41,232 nt of DNA from a virus (taxonomy: Duplodnaviria; Heunggongvirae; Uroviricota; Caudoviricetes), in the IMG/VR virus record IMGVR_UViG_2877263951_000005, one strand, 5' to 3'. The notes under the pieces were generated by a model, which was not told the origin of the DNA, did not search any database, and saw only the letters and a program-made list of their open reading frames with translations. The translations under genes and the position numbers were made by a program. This document shows positions 17,848 through 28,513 of this stretch, one piece after another. How positions within the stretch are numbered: the first letter of the stretch is position 1; each line of letters starts with the position of its first letter.

Positions 17848-18411
17848 GTGGAAATTAAAAAAATCATTAATCCCCGTTATACCGAAAGTGGCGCAGTAGA
17901 CTGTGACGTTTTTTTTGACGACAGGGACCAGGCAGTTCCCTACACAGCCACCGCTGATGATGTTGCACCGACGGGTCAGCAAATCTGGCAGGAACTGCAA
18001 AGTGGCAAATGGGGTGAGATAGCCCCATTCACTGTGACACCAGAAATGCTGGAAGCGGCCAGAGAGGCCAGACGTCAGGAAATTGAAGCATGGCGCACAG
18101 AACAGGAGGCGAAGCCGTTCACGTTTGAATGGAACGGTCGTATCTGGAATGCTGGCCCCGACTCACTGGGCCGCCTGTCCCCGGTAGTCATGCTGGCAAA
18201 ATCTGTCACAGCACAAACACATATGGCGTGGAGCGATGCCGATAATCAGCAGGTGAAACTGTCGATGCCGGAACTGGAAGAACTGGCGGCAGCAATGGTG
18301 CAGGCGCAGGTCGATCGCAACGATGAGATTTATCGCCGTCAGCGGGAGCTGAAGGAAGAGCTGAATAGTCTGAAGGATTTGAATTCGGTTAGGAATTTTA
18401 TCGTGGAATAA
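17848..18411 (+). CDS. Putative tail-fibre chaperone/assembly protein (DUF4376-like), copy 1
   Basis: GTG start with RBS gagga. VEIKKIINPRYTESGAVDCDVFFDD...WSDADNQQVKLSMPELEELAAAMV... A paralogue lies at 35833-36396. Confidence 0.5.
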   Translation: MEIKKIINPRYTESGAVDCDVFFDDRDQAVPYTATADDVAPTGQQIWQELQSGKWGEIAPFTVTPEMLEAAREARRQEIEAWRTEQEAKPFTFEWNGRIWNAGPDSLGRLSPVVMLAKSVTAQTHMAWSDADNQQVKLSMPELEELAAAMVQAQVDRNDEIYRRQRELKEELNSLKDLNSVRNFIVE

Positions 18412-18611
18412 CAGAAGCTGCGGCACGTCGTATGCAGGAACGTGCCGCGGTTGGCTGGTAAACTTTCGATAGTGCGAGTATTGAATGATTTCTAGGCGTT
18501 ATCGATTTTACGTATTTTTTGCATGATAGAATTCGTACCTCCTCCCAACGACCTTCCATGGCTTTCCGGACTTCTGTAGGCTGGCGGACGATGCTGTCCT
18601 CGGATGTTGTG

Positions 18612-19469
18612 CTAATTGGGTGATAACAGATCCTGTGTATGGGCGTTTCCCTTTGTGCGTGCGTTGATGCTGGTAACGGTAAACGTCATGATGAACACGA
18701 CCGCGAATAAGACGACAATCGTCGGAGCTGGTGCGCTGTCGATAAAAAAGGACAGCCAGACACCAGTCATTGACACTATTACCGATATGCCAGTCGCCAG
18801 TAGGAGCGCAATATGAAAGCGTTGTGTCAGGAGTACTGCAATGGCGCCAGGCGCAATGAGCAGAGAAATAGAGAGAATGATACCTACTGCTTTCAGCGTC
18901 GCCACAATGGTCAGGGAAACCATGCACAGCAGCCCATAATGCAGCCATCTCGTATGCAAACCGCTTACCTGCGCCTGTTGATAATCAAAGCTGAACAGCA
19001 AAAAATCCCGCCATTTTACGCTAATAACAAGTGTAACCAGCCCGGCAATAATCACCGTCTGGATTATATCGCCGATGGTTATCCCGAGCATGTCGCCGAA
19101 AAGAATATGGTCAAGATGTACGTCTGGTTTAATTGCAATATACAAGATCAGACCTGCGGCAAACATGCCAGAAAAAACAATCCCCATAACTGTATCTTGC
19201 TTGATTCGGCTGTTGTCTTTCAGGTATCCCGTCGCCACCGCGCAGAATACTCCGGCGACGAATGCCCCTGTAGCCAGAGGTAACCCCAGAATCCAGGTAA
19301 GCACGATGCCAGGAAAAACCGCATGACTCATCGCGTCACCCATCAGTGCCCAACCTTTCAGGACCAGAAAGACCGACAGCAGCGCACAGGGTATGGAAAC
19401 TACCAGTGAAATCAGCAGTGCGTGACTCATAAAGGTGAACTGCAGTGGCTCCAGTAATAATGCCATCAT
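18612..19469 (-). CDS. sitD: SitD, Mn/Fe ABC transporter permease
   Basis: 285-aa polytopic ABC-3 permease, last gene of the four-gene operon, with 4-nt overlap with sitC. Confidence 0.9.
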   Translation of the reverse strand: MMALLLEPLQFTFMSHALLISLVVSIPCALLSVFLVLKGWALMGDAMSHAVFPGIVLTWILGLPLATGAFVAGVFCAVATGYLKDNSRIKQDTVMGIVFSGMFAAGLILYIAIKPDVHLDHILFGDMLGITIGDIIQTVIIAGLVTLVISVKWRDFLLFSFDYQQAQVSGLHTRWLHYGLLCMVSLTIVATLKAVGIILSISLLIAPGAIAVLLTQRFHIALLLATGISVIVSMTGVWLSFFIDSAPAPTIVVLFAVVFIMTFTVTSINARTKGNAHTQDLLSPN

Positions 19470-20323
19470 GAGCGATCCTCCAGCGCTTTATGCGCACGCC
19501 GACGATTTGCCAAAAGTCCATGGGTGGGCGCAAATACAAATGCTAAAAGAAACAGCAGTGTCTGCGCCACCACGATGATTCCACCTGTCGCGCCGTCCAG
19601 AAAGTAACTGACCCACGCGCCGAGGAAACTGGTTACACTGCCAATAGTTACAGCAATTATGAGCAGGCGGGGAAAACGATCGGTTAACAACCATGCTGTT
19701 GCACCGGGAGTCACCACCAGACAGATCACCAGAAAGGCACCAACCGTTTGCAGCGCCGCAACGGTCGAAACCGACAGCAGGGTGAAGAAGAGGATTTTTA
19801 ATCTGCCCGGATGTAATCCAATAGCACGGGCGTGATTCTCGTCGAAAAAGGTCACCATAAGATCTTTCCATTTGAAAAAAAGCACGATGATCGAGAGAAT
19901 GCCAATGATAGTGAGTTGCAGGATATCCGCCGGATCGATTGCCAGAATATTGCCCAGGACGATGGTCTGAATGTTCACGGATGTCGGGTTCAATGACACC
20001 ATAAACAGCCCCAGGCCAAAAAAGGACGAGAAGATCAGGCCGATGATGGCATCTTCTTTTAAGCGGGTGCGTTGGTTAAGAAACAGCATGCTGCCCGCTG
20101 CCAGTCCGCCGGAAAAGAAGGCTCCCAGAGAAAACGGAAGCCCCAGCATATATGCCCCCGCAACACCCGGGACAATAGAGTGCGACAGCGCATCGCCAAT
20201 CAGCGACCAGCCTTTTAGCATCAGATAGCATGACAGGAAAGCGCAGAGACCGCCGACCATTGCCGAGACCCACATCGCATTGAGCATATATTCATAGCTG
20301 AAGGGTTCCAGTAGCACGTTCAT
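19466..20323 (-). CDS. sitC: SitC, Mn/Fe ABC transporter permease
   Basis: 285-aa ABC-3 permease paralogous to SitD. Confidence 0.9.
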   Translation of the reverse strand: MNVLLEPFSYEYMLNAMWVSAMVGGLCAFLSCYLMLKGWSLIGDALSHSIVPGVAGAYMLGLPFSLGAFFSGGLAAGSMLFLNQRTRLKEDAIIGLIFSSFFGLGLFMVSLNPTSVNIQTIVLGNILAIDPADILQLTIIGILSIIVLFFKWKDLMVTFFDENHARAIGLHPGRLKILFFTLLSVSTVAALQTVGAFLVICLVVTPGATAWLLTDRFPRLLIIAVTIGSVTSFLGAWVSYFLDGATGGIIVVAQTLLFLLAFVFAPTHGLLANRRRAHKALEDRS

Positions 20324-21147
20324 CTTGCTTCCCTCTGCACCGCTGACGGTCGATGTGCCACAAAAGGGCGTTCATCGTCAGTAATAATGCTTTCTTCCGA
20401 GCCGTTAAGTGTGACATGGCGCAGTACGCCGCTAAAAGCCAGCTCCAGGTTCTCGGCTGTAAAAGTGGTGTCTGTCGGCCCGCTTGCCAGGACGGTGCCT
20501 TTGACCATGACCGTATAATCGCAAAATGTCGTGACTGAGCCGAGATTGTGCGTTGAGACAAGCATCGTTTTGCCTTCCGCGCGTAACTCCCTCAACAGGC
20601 TGATGATTTTCGCTTCGGTTTTCACATCAACGCCGGTAAAAGGTTCATCCAGCAGGATCACATCACCCTGCTGTGCAATTGCTCTCGCCAGAAAGACGCG
20701 TTTCTTTTGTCCACCGGAAAGCTCGCCGATTTGACGATGGCGAAAATCCACCATATCGACACGTTCCAGCGCATCGGTGACAATCTGACGATCCCTCTTT
20801 TTGGCTATACGCAACATACCCATATGCCCATAGCGGCCCATCATCACCACATCTTCCACCAGTACAGGAAATGACCAGTCAACCTCTTCTGACTGAGGGA
20901 CGTAGGCAACCAGGTTTTTCTGTAGCGCCTGTCGCGTGGGAATACCCAGAACAGATATCTTTCCGCTGGTCAGACGCACAAATCCCATAATCGCTTTAAA
21001 CAACGTCGATTTTCCGGAACCGTTTACCCCAACCAGAGCGGCAATAGATCCACTTGGTACTGTGAAGGATGCATCGCGCAGTGCTGTGTGCCCGTTACGC
21101 CAGGTGACAGTAACATCATTAACGACAATGCCTGCAGATTGCATCAT
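20320..21147 (-). CDS. sitB: SitB, ABC transporter ATP-binding protein
   Basis: Walker [10 protein letters not shown], signature LSGGQKKR, Walker B ILLDEPF. Confidence 0.92.
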   Translation of the reverse strand: MMQSAGIVVNDVTVTWRNGHTALRDASFTVPSGSIAALVGVNGSGKSTLFKAIMGFVRLTSGKISVLGIPTRQALQKNLVAYVPQSEEVDWSFPVLVEDVVMMGRYGHMGMLRIAKKRDRQIVTDALERVDMVDFRHRQIGELSGGQKKRVFLARAIAQQGDVILLDEPFTGVDVKTEAKIISLLRELRAEGKTMLVSTHNLGSVTTFCDYTVMVKGTVLASGPTDTTFTAENLELAFSGVLRHVTLNGSEESIITDDERPFVAHRPSAVQREAR

Positions 21148-22061
21148 TATTTCTCCCTTTTCCCGGCTTTAATTCCCTGTACCAGCGTACTGGTAGTAAC
21201 CTTAAGAAGGTCGATATACGTAGGTACCGGGCCGTTTTCTGTGCTCAGGGAATCGACATAGAGCACACCGCCGTAGTGTGCGCCGGTTTCACGCGCAACC
21301 TGACGCGCTGGTTTATCGGAAATCGTACTCTCGCTAAAGACTGCCGGGATATGATTTTTCTTAACTATATCAACAACCTTACGTACCTGCTGCGGTGTTC
21401 CTTGTTGATCGGCATTAATCGGCCACAGATAAAGCTCTTTTAGCCCCAAATCGCGTGCGAGATAAGAAAAAGCCCCTTCACTGGTGACCATCCATCGCTG
21501 ATTCTCAGGGAGTTCCGTAATCTGCTTACGCAGGGGGGCAAGGGTTTGGGTAATCTTGGCTTTATAAGTATCGGCATTACGTTGGTAGGTTTGTGCATTT
21601 GCCGGATCGTATTTTATCAACGCATCACGAATATTATCGACGTAAATCAGAGCATTATCTGGCGACATCCATGCATGGGGATTAGGTTTGCCCTCATAGG
21701 GTCCTTCGGTGATCCCTACTGGCGTCACACCCGAAGAGACAATTACTTCTGGAACCCCATTGAGATGCTGGTAAAAGCGTTGGAACCACAATTCCAGATT
21801 CATACCATTGGCGAGAATCAGTTGTGCCCCCTGCGCACGTTTAATATCGCCAGGGGTAGGCTGATACTCATGAATTTCTGCACCAGGCTTGGTTATGGAT
21901 GAGACTTCTGCAGCATCTCCAGCCACGTTTTTGGCCATATCCGCGATGATGGTAAATGTTGTAATGACCTTGAATTTTTCAGTTGCACTTGCCTGAAATG
22001 CGATCGAGCAGGTGAGGGCGAGGCACCCCAAGAGCATGGTTACTTTTTTTATTGAGTGCAT
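21147..22061 (-). CDS. sitA: SitA, periplasmic Mn/Fe-binding protein
   Basis: 304 aa with a signal peptide and a cluster-9 (PsaA/MntC-type) SBP. It is the first gene of the operon. Confidence 0.92.
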   Translation of the reverse strand: MHSIKKVTMLLGCLALTCSIAFQASATEKFKVITTFTIIADMAKNVAGDAAEVSSITKPGAEIHEYQPTPGDIKRAQGAQLILANGMNLELWFQRFYQHLNGVPEVIVSSGVTPVGITEGPYEGKPNPHAWMSPDNALIYVDNIRDALIKYDPANAQTYQRNADTYKAKITQTLAPLRKQITELPENQRWMVTSEGAFSYLARDLGLKELYLWPINADQQGTPQQVRKVVDIVKKNHIPAVFSESTISDKPARQVARETGAHYGGVLYVDSLSTENGPVPTYIDLLKVTTSTLVQGIKAGKREK

Positions 22062-22093
22062 AATTTAGTACCTATAGTGAGCAAAATTAGAAC

Positions 22094-22115
22094 AAACATA
22101 GCAACGGCTATGTTT
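22094..22115. promoter_or_regulatory. MntR box upstream of sitA
   Basis: The palindrome aaacatagc-aac-ggctatgttt matches the MntR operator known from mntH/sitA promoters. Confidence 0.75.
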
Positions 22116-22137
22116 TATAGCATAACCTATACAAAAT

Positions 22138-22156
22138 GAAAATAATTATCATTAAC
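22138..22156. promoter_or_regulatory. Fur box upstream of sitA
   Basis: gaaaataattatcattaac matches 15/19 positions of GATAATGATAATCATTATC. Confidence 0.65.
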
Positions 22157-22269
22157 AGCTTTGAGGCCTAAAACAGGGATTAGGTTGTTTCCTGCTGGCG
22201 ACATGATATTGAGGAAAAAAGTAGAGCAGCTATTAGGCTTTGAAATGACTTTATGAGGAAAATTGTTGA

Positions 22270-22514
22270 TGGCAAAAATGGGGCAAAACGCTGTATAAGG
22301 GGCAAAAAAGGGGCAAAAAAGAGTGGGTTATCGTAGCTTATTGTTGTCGCTGATAATGTTTAACATATTGAAAAATAAATAAAATACTTATGAGTCAGAT
22401 AGTTGTGATTTTTGCCCTTACTTGTTCAGGTTGTATTGTTCTTTCTTTGTAATTTGTTGATTTTCTTGCATTATTTCAGTTCTCTGGTACTAAATGGGGC
22501 AAATTGGGGGCAAA
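22270..22514. repeat. Dispersed GGGGCAAA(A) motif, 6 direct plus 1 inverted copy (candidate integrase arm-type sites)
   Basis: Copies at 22280, 22299, 22310, 22496 and 22507, a degenerate copy at 22270, and an inverted copy at 22409-22417. All lie within 250 bp just past the 3' end of the integrase gene. Confidence 0.6.
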
Positions 22515-22522
22515 CTTTGCAA

Positions 22523-23162
22523 CTACGATAACCGCGCATTCAACATGGCTATCTGTTCGTCGTTCATGTCATCAATCCACATACCGTAAATTTCATACAC
22601 CATTTGCGCAGTTTCATGCCCCATCTGGCTGGCTATAAATGCCGGGTTCGCTCCTGCCGTCAACAGCCAGCAGGCAAAAGTATGTCGCGTGTGGTACGGA
22701 TTACGGCGGCGAATACCAGCACGTTTTACTGCTGCATTCCATCTTGTACCCAAACTGCTTACCGAGTAATAAGGTTTCTGTTTTTCGTTACACACCCTGG
22801 GCATGAAAACAAAATGCAGTTTTTGTTTTTCAGTTCTGCCGTACTCCCGATGATAAAAAGTGATTTCGCTTTTGCGATGATGCCCGGTCAGTTTGTATTG
22901 CTCCTTCAGTGCTTCAAGAGCCGGCTGCAGTAATGTTACCGTCCGGATCCCGGCATTTGTTTTTGGGGGACCGAACATATCAAGTATCGTCAGGTTTCTT
23001 CTGACATTCACAATTCCCTTCTCGAAATCCACATCCTCCCACGCCAGAGCTGCCAGTTCCCCGTGACGAAGCCCGGAGTAAACGGCAAATTTCCACAAGT
23101 TTTGGCTCTGTCCTTTTTCACTTTCCATTAATGCATTGAATTCTGTTTTAGATAACGGGTCA
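22523..23162 (-). pseudogene. Lambdoid prophage integrase, C-terminal catalytic fragment
   Basis: ...YSGLRHGELAALAWEDVD..., HTRHTFACWLL, GHETAQMVYEIY. Interrupted at 23162/23163 by IS1. Confidence 0.85.
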
Positions 23163-23217
23163 GGTAATGCTGCCAACTTACTGATTTAGTGTATGATGGT
23201 GATTTTAAGGTGCTTGC

Positions 23218-23493
23218 GTGGCTTCCATTTCCATCAGATGTCCTTCCTGCTCCGCTACTGAAGGCGTGGTGCGTAACGGCAAAAGCACTGCCGGACATCA
23301 GCGCTATCTCTGCTCTCATTGCCGTAAAACATGGCAACTACAGTTCACTTACACCGCCTCTCAGCCCGGTACGCACCAGAAAATCATTGATATGGCCATG
23401 AATGGCGTCGGATGTCGCGCCAGTGCACGCATTATGGGCGTTGGCCTCAACACGGTTTTACGTCACTTAAAAAACTCAGGCCGCAGTCGGTAA
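23218..23493 (+). CDS. insA: IS1 InsA
   Basis: Identical 91-aa InsA. Confidence 0.95.
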   Translation: MASISIRCPSCSATEGVVRNGKSTAGHQRYLCSHCRKTWQLQFTYTASQPGTHQKIIDMAMNGVGCRASARIMGVGLNTVLRHLKNSGRSR

Positions 23494-23915
23494 CCTCGCG
23501 CATACAACCGGGCAGTGATGTGATTGTCTGCGCTGAAATGGACGAACATTGGGGCTACGTCGGTGCTAAATCACGTCAGCGCTGGCTGTTTTACGCGTAT
23601 GACAGGATACGGAGGACGGTTGTGGCGCACGTCTTCGGTGAACGCACTCTGGCCACACTGGAGCGTCTTCTGAGCCTGCTGTCGGCCTTTGAGGTCGTGG
23701 TATGGATGACGGATGGCTGGCCGCTGTATGAATCACGCCTGAAGGGAAAGCTGCACGTTATCAGCAAGCGTTACACTCAGCGCATTGAGCGACATAATCT
23801 GAATCTGAGACAACATCTGGCAAGGCTGGTACGGAAGTCACTGTCGTTCTCAAAATCGGTGGAGCTGCATGACAAGGTCATCGGGCATTATCTGAACATA
23901 AAACACTATCAGTAA
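23412..23915 (+). CDS. insB: IS1 InsB' frame
   Basis: 167-aa ORF. Confidence 0.9.
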   Translation: MSRQCTHYGRWPQHGFTSLKKLRPQSVTSRIQPGSDVIVCAEMDEHWGYVGAKSRQRWLFYAYDRIRRTVVAHVFGERTLATLERLLSLLSAFEVVVWMTDGWPLYESRLKGKLHVISKRYTQRIERHNLNLRQHLARLVRKSLSFSKSVELHDKVIGHYLNIKHYQ

Positions 23916-23930
23916 GTTGGAGTCATTACC

Positions 23931-24102
23931 CACCGGAACTGATTTGATGAACTATCAACGCTCTTAAATTCCCGGCCTTTTTAATGTTACTGTTAGTAAT
24001 CTCCCAGCCTTTCAATGTTTCCCGACATCGTTTTCCTCGAAACATGAACCAGATGCGAATGTATTTACCTCGAATCTCGACACCTGTTGGTAATTTAGAC
24101 AT
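23931..24102 (-). pseudogene. Integrase N-terminal fragment (57 codons)
   Basis: MSKLPTGVEIRGKYIRIWFMFRGKRCRETLKGWEITNSNIKKAGNLRALIVHQISSG is a typical arm-binding N-terminus. Confidence 0.75.
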
Positions 24103-24103
24103 A

Positions 24104-24276
24104 TCATGAGTCTTTGATAAACTGATTTATCTTCGGATAGTTGTACCAGATAATCCCTCGCTTACTGTCTGGCTTCCCTAAAGGAGATACTCGTTTGAAG
24201 TGGAAGCCTTCCACCCAACAGTTCTGGCGGTATGCTTCAATTTGTCTGGCACCCAGACCAGTGCGAAGCATCAGGC
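24104..24276 (-). pseudogene. Excisionase-like protein (DUF1233-type), 5'-truncated by IS629
   Basis: ...[52 protein letters not shown]. Its stop lies 1 nt from the int start codon. Confidence 0.6.
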
Positions 24277-24318
24277 TGAACCGCCCCGGGTTTCCTGGAG
24301 AGTGTTTTATCTGTGAAC

Positions 24319-25050
24319 TCAGGCTGCCAGATCATCGTTTCCGATGGAAGCATAATAAGCTTTTTCTGCTTCTGCCGGAGGGATGTGGCCCAGCCTTTCC
24401 AGCAATCGTCGATTGTTATACCAGTCCACCCACGTGAGTGTGGCCAGTTCCACTTCTGCACGGTTTTTCCAGCTCTTACGGTGTATTACCTCCGCTTTGT
24501 AAAGACCATTGATGCTCTCCGCCATCGCGTTGTCATACGAGTCGCCTGTACTTCCTGTTGATGCCAGTAATCCGGCTTCCTTAAGCCGCTGTGTGTAGGC
24601 CAGCGATACATACTGAGAACCTTTATCACTGTGATGGACCGTGCCGGACGGTCGACGGGCCCATAACGCCTGCTCCAGTGCATCCAGCACGAATGTCGTT
24701 TCCATGGACGATGAGACCCGCCACCCCACGATGTATCCGGCAAACACATCAATGATGAACGCCACATAGACGAAGCCCCGCCATGAGACGTGCCACAGTG
24801 CATCTGGCCACTCTGATACCTTCCCGTAACAACTGACGCCAGACTTTACACCGTATACCTTGTGATTTTCATCGTATACGCGCTGTATCTCTTTCTTCAG
24901 CCAGTCATCGCGCTGCGCACGGGCACTGCGTTTATCCGGATGATGTCGCTGTTGCTGACAGTGGTAATACGTTGACGGGGCAATATGCAGTTCGCTGCAT
25001 AGCGGTCCGACCCCGTACTGCTCACGCAGCTTATCCAGCAGTGGCATCAT
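24319..25050 (-). pseudogene. IS629 OrfB, internally deleted (243 vs ~296 aa)
   Basis: ...DENHKVYGV then an aberrant KSGVSCYGKVSEWPDALWHVSW, rejoining at ...RGFVYVAFIIDVF.... The segment before the first DDE aspartate is lost. Confidence 0.7.
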
Positions 25051-25373
25051 TTTTTCCAGAGGCGGTCGAACTCCGCCTTCGCAAAATAAGCGGAAGCCTG
25101 GCGAAGGATATCGTTACTGCGGTGCAGTTCACGATTTTCACGCTCCGGCTCTTTCAGACGCTGACGTTCAGCGGTGGTGAGCCCTCCATCACCGCCCCCG
25201 GTATCCCGCTCATGCTGGCGAACCCAGACACGCAGAGTCTCCGGCGTACAGCCAATCTTTGGGGCAATGGAACAAATTGTCGCCCATTGTGAGTCATATT
25301 CGCCCTGACTTTCCAGAACCATACGGACTGCCCGTTGACGGACTTCGGGGGAAAAACGAGTATTTTTAGTCAT
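25047..25373 (-). CDS. IS629 OrfA
   Basis: [57 protein letters not shown]... Confidence 0.85.
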   Translation of the reverse strand: MTKNTRFSPEVRQRAVRMVLESQGEYDSQWATICSIAPKIGCTPETLRVWVRQHERDTGGGDGGLTTAERQRLKEPERENRELHRSNDILRQASAYFAKAEFDRLWKK

Positions 25374-25447
25374 CCTGTTTACCTCTTTCTCAGGAAGTTT
25401 AGTCTCCAGGATTCCCGGGGCGGTTCATTCCCAAAATGCACTTGGTT

Positions 25448-26559
25448 TTACACCGGAATATTCTCATCGTATCCTGCTTGTTGCGTTTCGTTTTGTGTTT
25501 GTGGATCCGGGAATGCATATTCAACGCCTTCCAGTTCAATCCATAGTGCATTACGACCAGCTTTGATTGTCGGCCAGTCCATACCTTTGATTCTTTCCCA
25601 TGAGCGGGAGGTGAATGTTTTTTCCAGCAAATCAGCTTTTGCGCGTTTGGCGTCGTTACTGGTGCCCCCATGGTGCTTGTTGAGCAACTCGATAATTTCA
25701 TCAAGTTAATTTCATCAAGTGCGATTTCTTTTGCACGCTTTTCTTTTAGCCATGTCGGTGTACCGTCGTTGGCAAATAATTCACTGTTATCCCGTGAGGT
25801 ATCGATGCCGGGGTGTTCACCTCCCAGGTTAAGAGACTCGATATGAGGAAGAAAGTTTTTAAATGTTGGGTTTGAAAATACCTGTCCATCAATACGGGTG
25901 GAGCGATCTTTTAGTATTCTGGCGGTGCGCCACACCTGACCGGTTTCTATGTTCATTTGCTTCTCCATCTGGATCCGGATGGAGGGTTCATAACCGGTTT
26001 CTGTTTCTGCTTTCATTTTTATACCGGTTTTTGCCAACTGGCGTTTGCCATCATCACCTTCGAAAAAGTCATACTCATATCCTGCACGCCCGCACATAAT
26101 AATGTGCGCCTGACTGTTAACAAATCGATCGGTAAAGCGTCGCCACTCCTGTTTGAGCCACGCCCAGTCTGAAAATTCCAGTCCTCGTTTACGGTTTCGG
26201 CGTCTGGCATACTCGTCGCATAATCCGGTCCAGAAGTGACTGATGGAGTCGATGATCATTACGGAACCGCTGCTTTCCGCTTCATTAATGGCTTCAAGCA
26301 GATCAACAAACGAGCGGGTTTTTGCCGTAAATAATTCGATATTTTCCGCATCAAAGCGGGGTTTAACCCAGTCAGAGCCTGTTTCTGTGTCCAGAAACAT
26401 TACCGGGCGGTTACCAGCTTCAATTCCCCGTTGCCGCATAAGCATTACCAGACCAATAGCCAGTTCGCTTGCTGTGTAGGTTTTGCCGTCGCCAGCAAAC
26501 CCCATAATTCCTGCTTTTAGATAGGCCTGTGTGTTTATTGCTCGTTGAAAAAGCGCCAT
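25448..26559 (-). pseudogene. Sak4-like RecA-fold ATPase (AAA_24), frameshifted by a 14-bp tandem duplication
   Basis: Walker A GFAGDGKTYTA and Walker B VMIIDSISHFW. The frame breaks at 25693-25720, and the true C-terminus is ORF 25448-25687. Confidence 0.75.
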
Positions 26560-26619
26560 AGATTTTAGTCCTCCAAATCAATATCAACCTGGTGGTGGGC
26601 AATGGTTTCAGTGAAGTGG

Positions 26620-27788
<1,169 letters not shown>

Positions 27789-28175
27789 TGGAGCACCTGT
27801 GTTGTTCTGAGGTGAGCATATCACCTCTGTTCAGGTGGCCAAATTCAGTGTGCCACTTCACAGCCATGTACCGGATGTGTTCTGCCATGCGCTCCTGAAA
27901 CTCAACATCATCATCAAATGCGTGGCTGATTGCCTGTTTATTGGCACCGTGGCGTTGCAAATGGTCGATGCAGAGCGATTCAAACAGGTGCTGAGGCAGA
28001 CCTTTTTCCAGGTCGTCCGCCAGTTCCGTTTCTTTTTCTTCACGAACGATCTGCTGGTAGTGACGAGCCCATGCCATTTCTTCAATACGATCAAAAATCG
28101 GATAAGCGCTCTGAGGTAGCCTGAGTTTAACGGACACTCCTTCCTGAAATAGAATGGCATCAGAAGGAGCTAATA

Positions 28176-28478
28176 ATGAGCAGAAAAACCCAACGTTACT
28201 CTAAAGAGTTCAAAGCCGAAGCTGTCAGAACGGTTCTTGAAAATCAACTTTCGATCAGTGAAGGCGCTTCCCGATTATCTCTTCCTGAAGGCACTTTAGG
28301 ACAATGGGTTACCGCCGCCAGAAAAGGGCTCGGTACTCCTGGTTCCCGCACGGTGGCTGAACTGGAATCTGAAATTCTGCAACTGCGTAAGGCGTTAAAT
28401 GAAGCTCGCCTTGAGCGCGATATATTAAAAAAAGCAACAGCGTATTTTGCACAGGAGTCGCTGAAAAATACGCGTTAA
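28176..28478 (+). CDS. IS600 OrfA
   Basis: 100-aa ORF. Confidence 0.9.
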   Translation: MSRKTQRYSKEFKAEAVRTVLENQLSISEGASRLSLPEGTLGQWVTAARKGLGTPGSRTVAELESEILQLRKALNEARLERDILKKATAYFAQESLKNTR

Positions 28479-28513
28479 TCGAACAATGGCGACAACAATT
28501 TCCCATTGAAGCG

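Larger units (their letters stand above)
23163..23930 (+). mobile_element. IS1 copy 3 (768 bp), no TSD
   Basis: Complete ends. The flanks aacgggtca and caccggaac differ. Both flanks are integrase pieces, but ~120 codons are missing, which indicates an IS1-adjacent deletion. Confidence 0.95.
24277..25427 (-). mobile_element. IS629 (IS3 family) with internal ~159-bp deletion, no TSD
   Basis: Both ends are tgaaccgccccggg.... The length is 1151 bp versus ~1310 bp remembered for IS629. The flanks ggc and ttc differ. Confidence 0.8.

Noticed and set aside
22068-22090. A second T7-promoter-like string on the minus strand just upstream of the sitA start codon. It reads taattttgctcactataggtact and shares the 11-nt core ctcactatagg plus TAAT at -17 to -14 (16/23 overall).
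   Set aside because: Positions -13 to -10, which T7 RNAP reads for specificity, are all mismatched, as are +3, +5 and +6. It would start only 14 nt before the ATG. It is most likely a coincidence, and is worth only a glance if the real promoter at 13012 proves biologically meaningful.
25399-25692. The C-terminal ~95 residues of track ORF 25399-26559 (LMKLSSCSTSTMGAP...RPGNPGD) as genuine protein.
   Set aside because: This is an out-of-frame read-through created by the 14-bp tandem duplication, and it runs into the IS629 terminal repeat.
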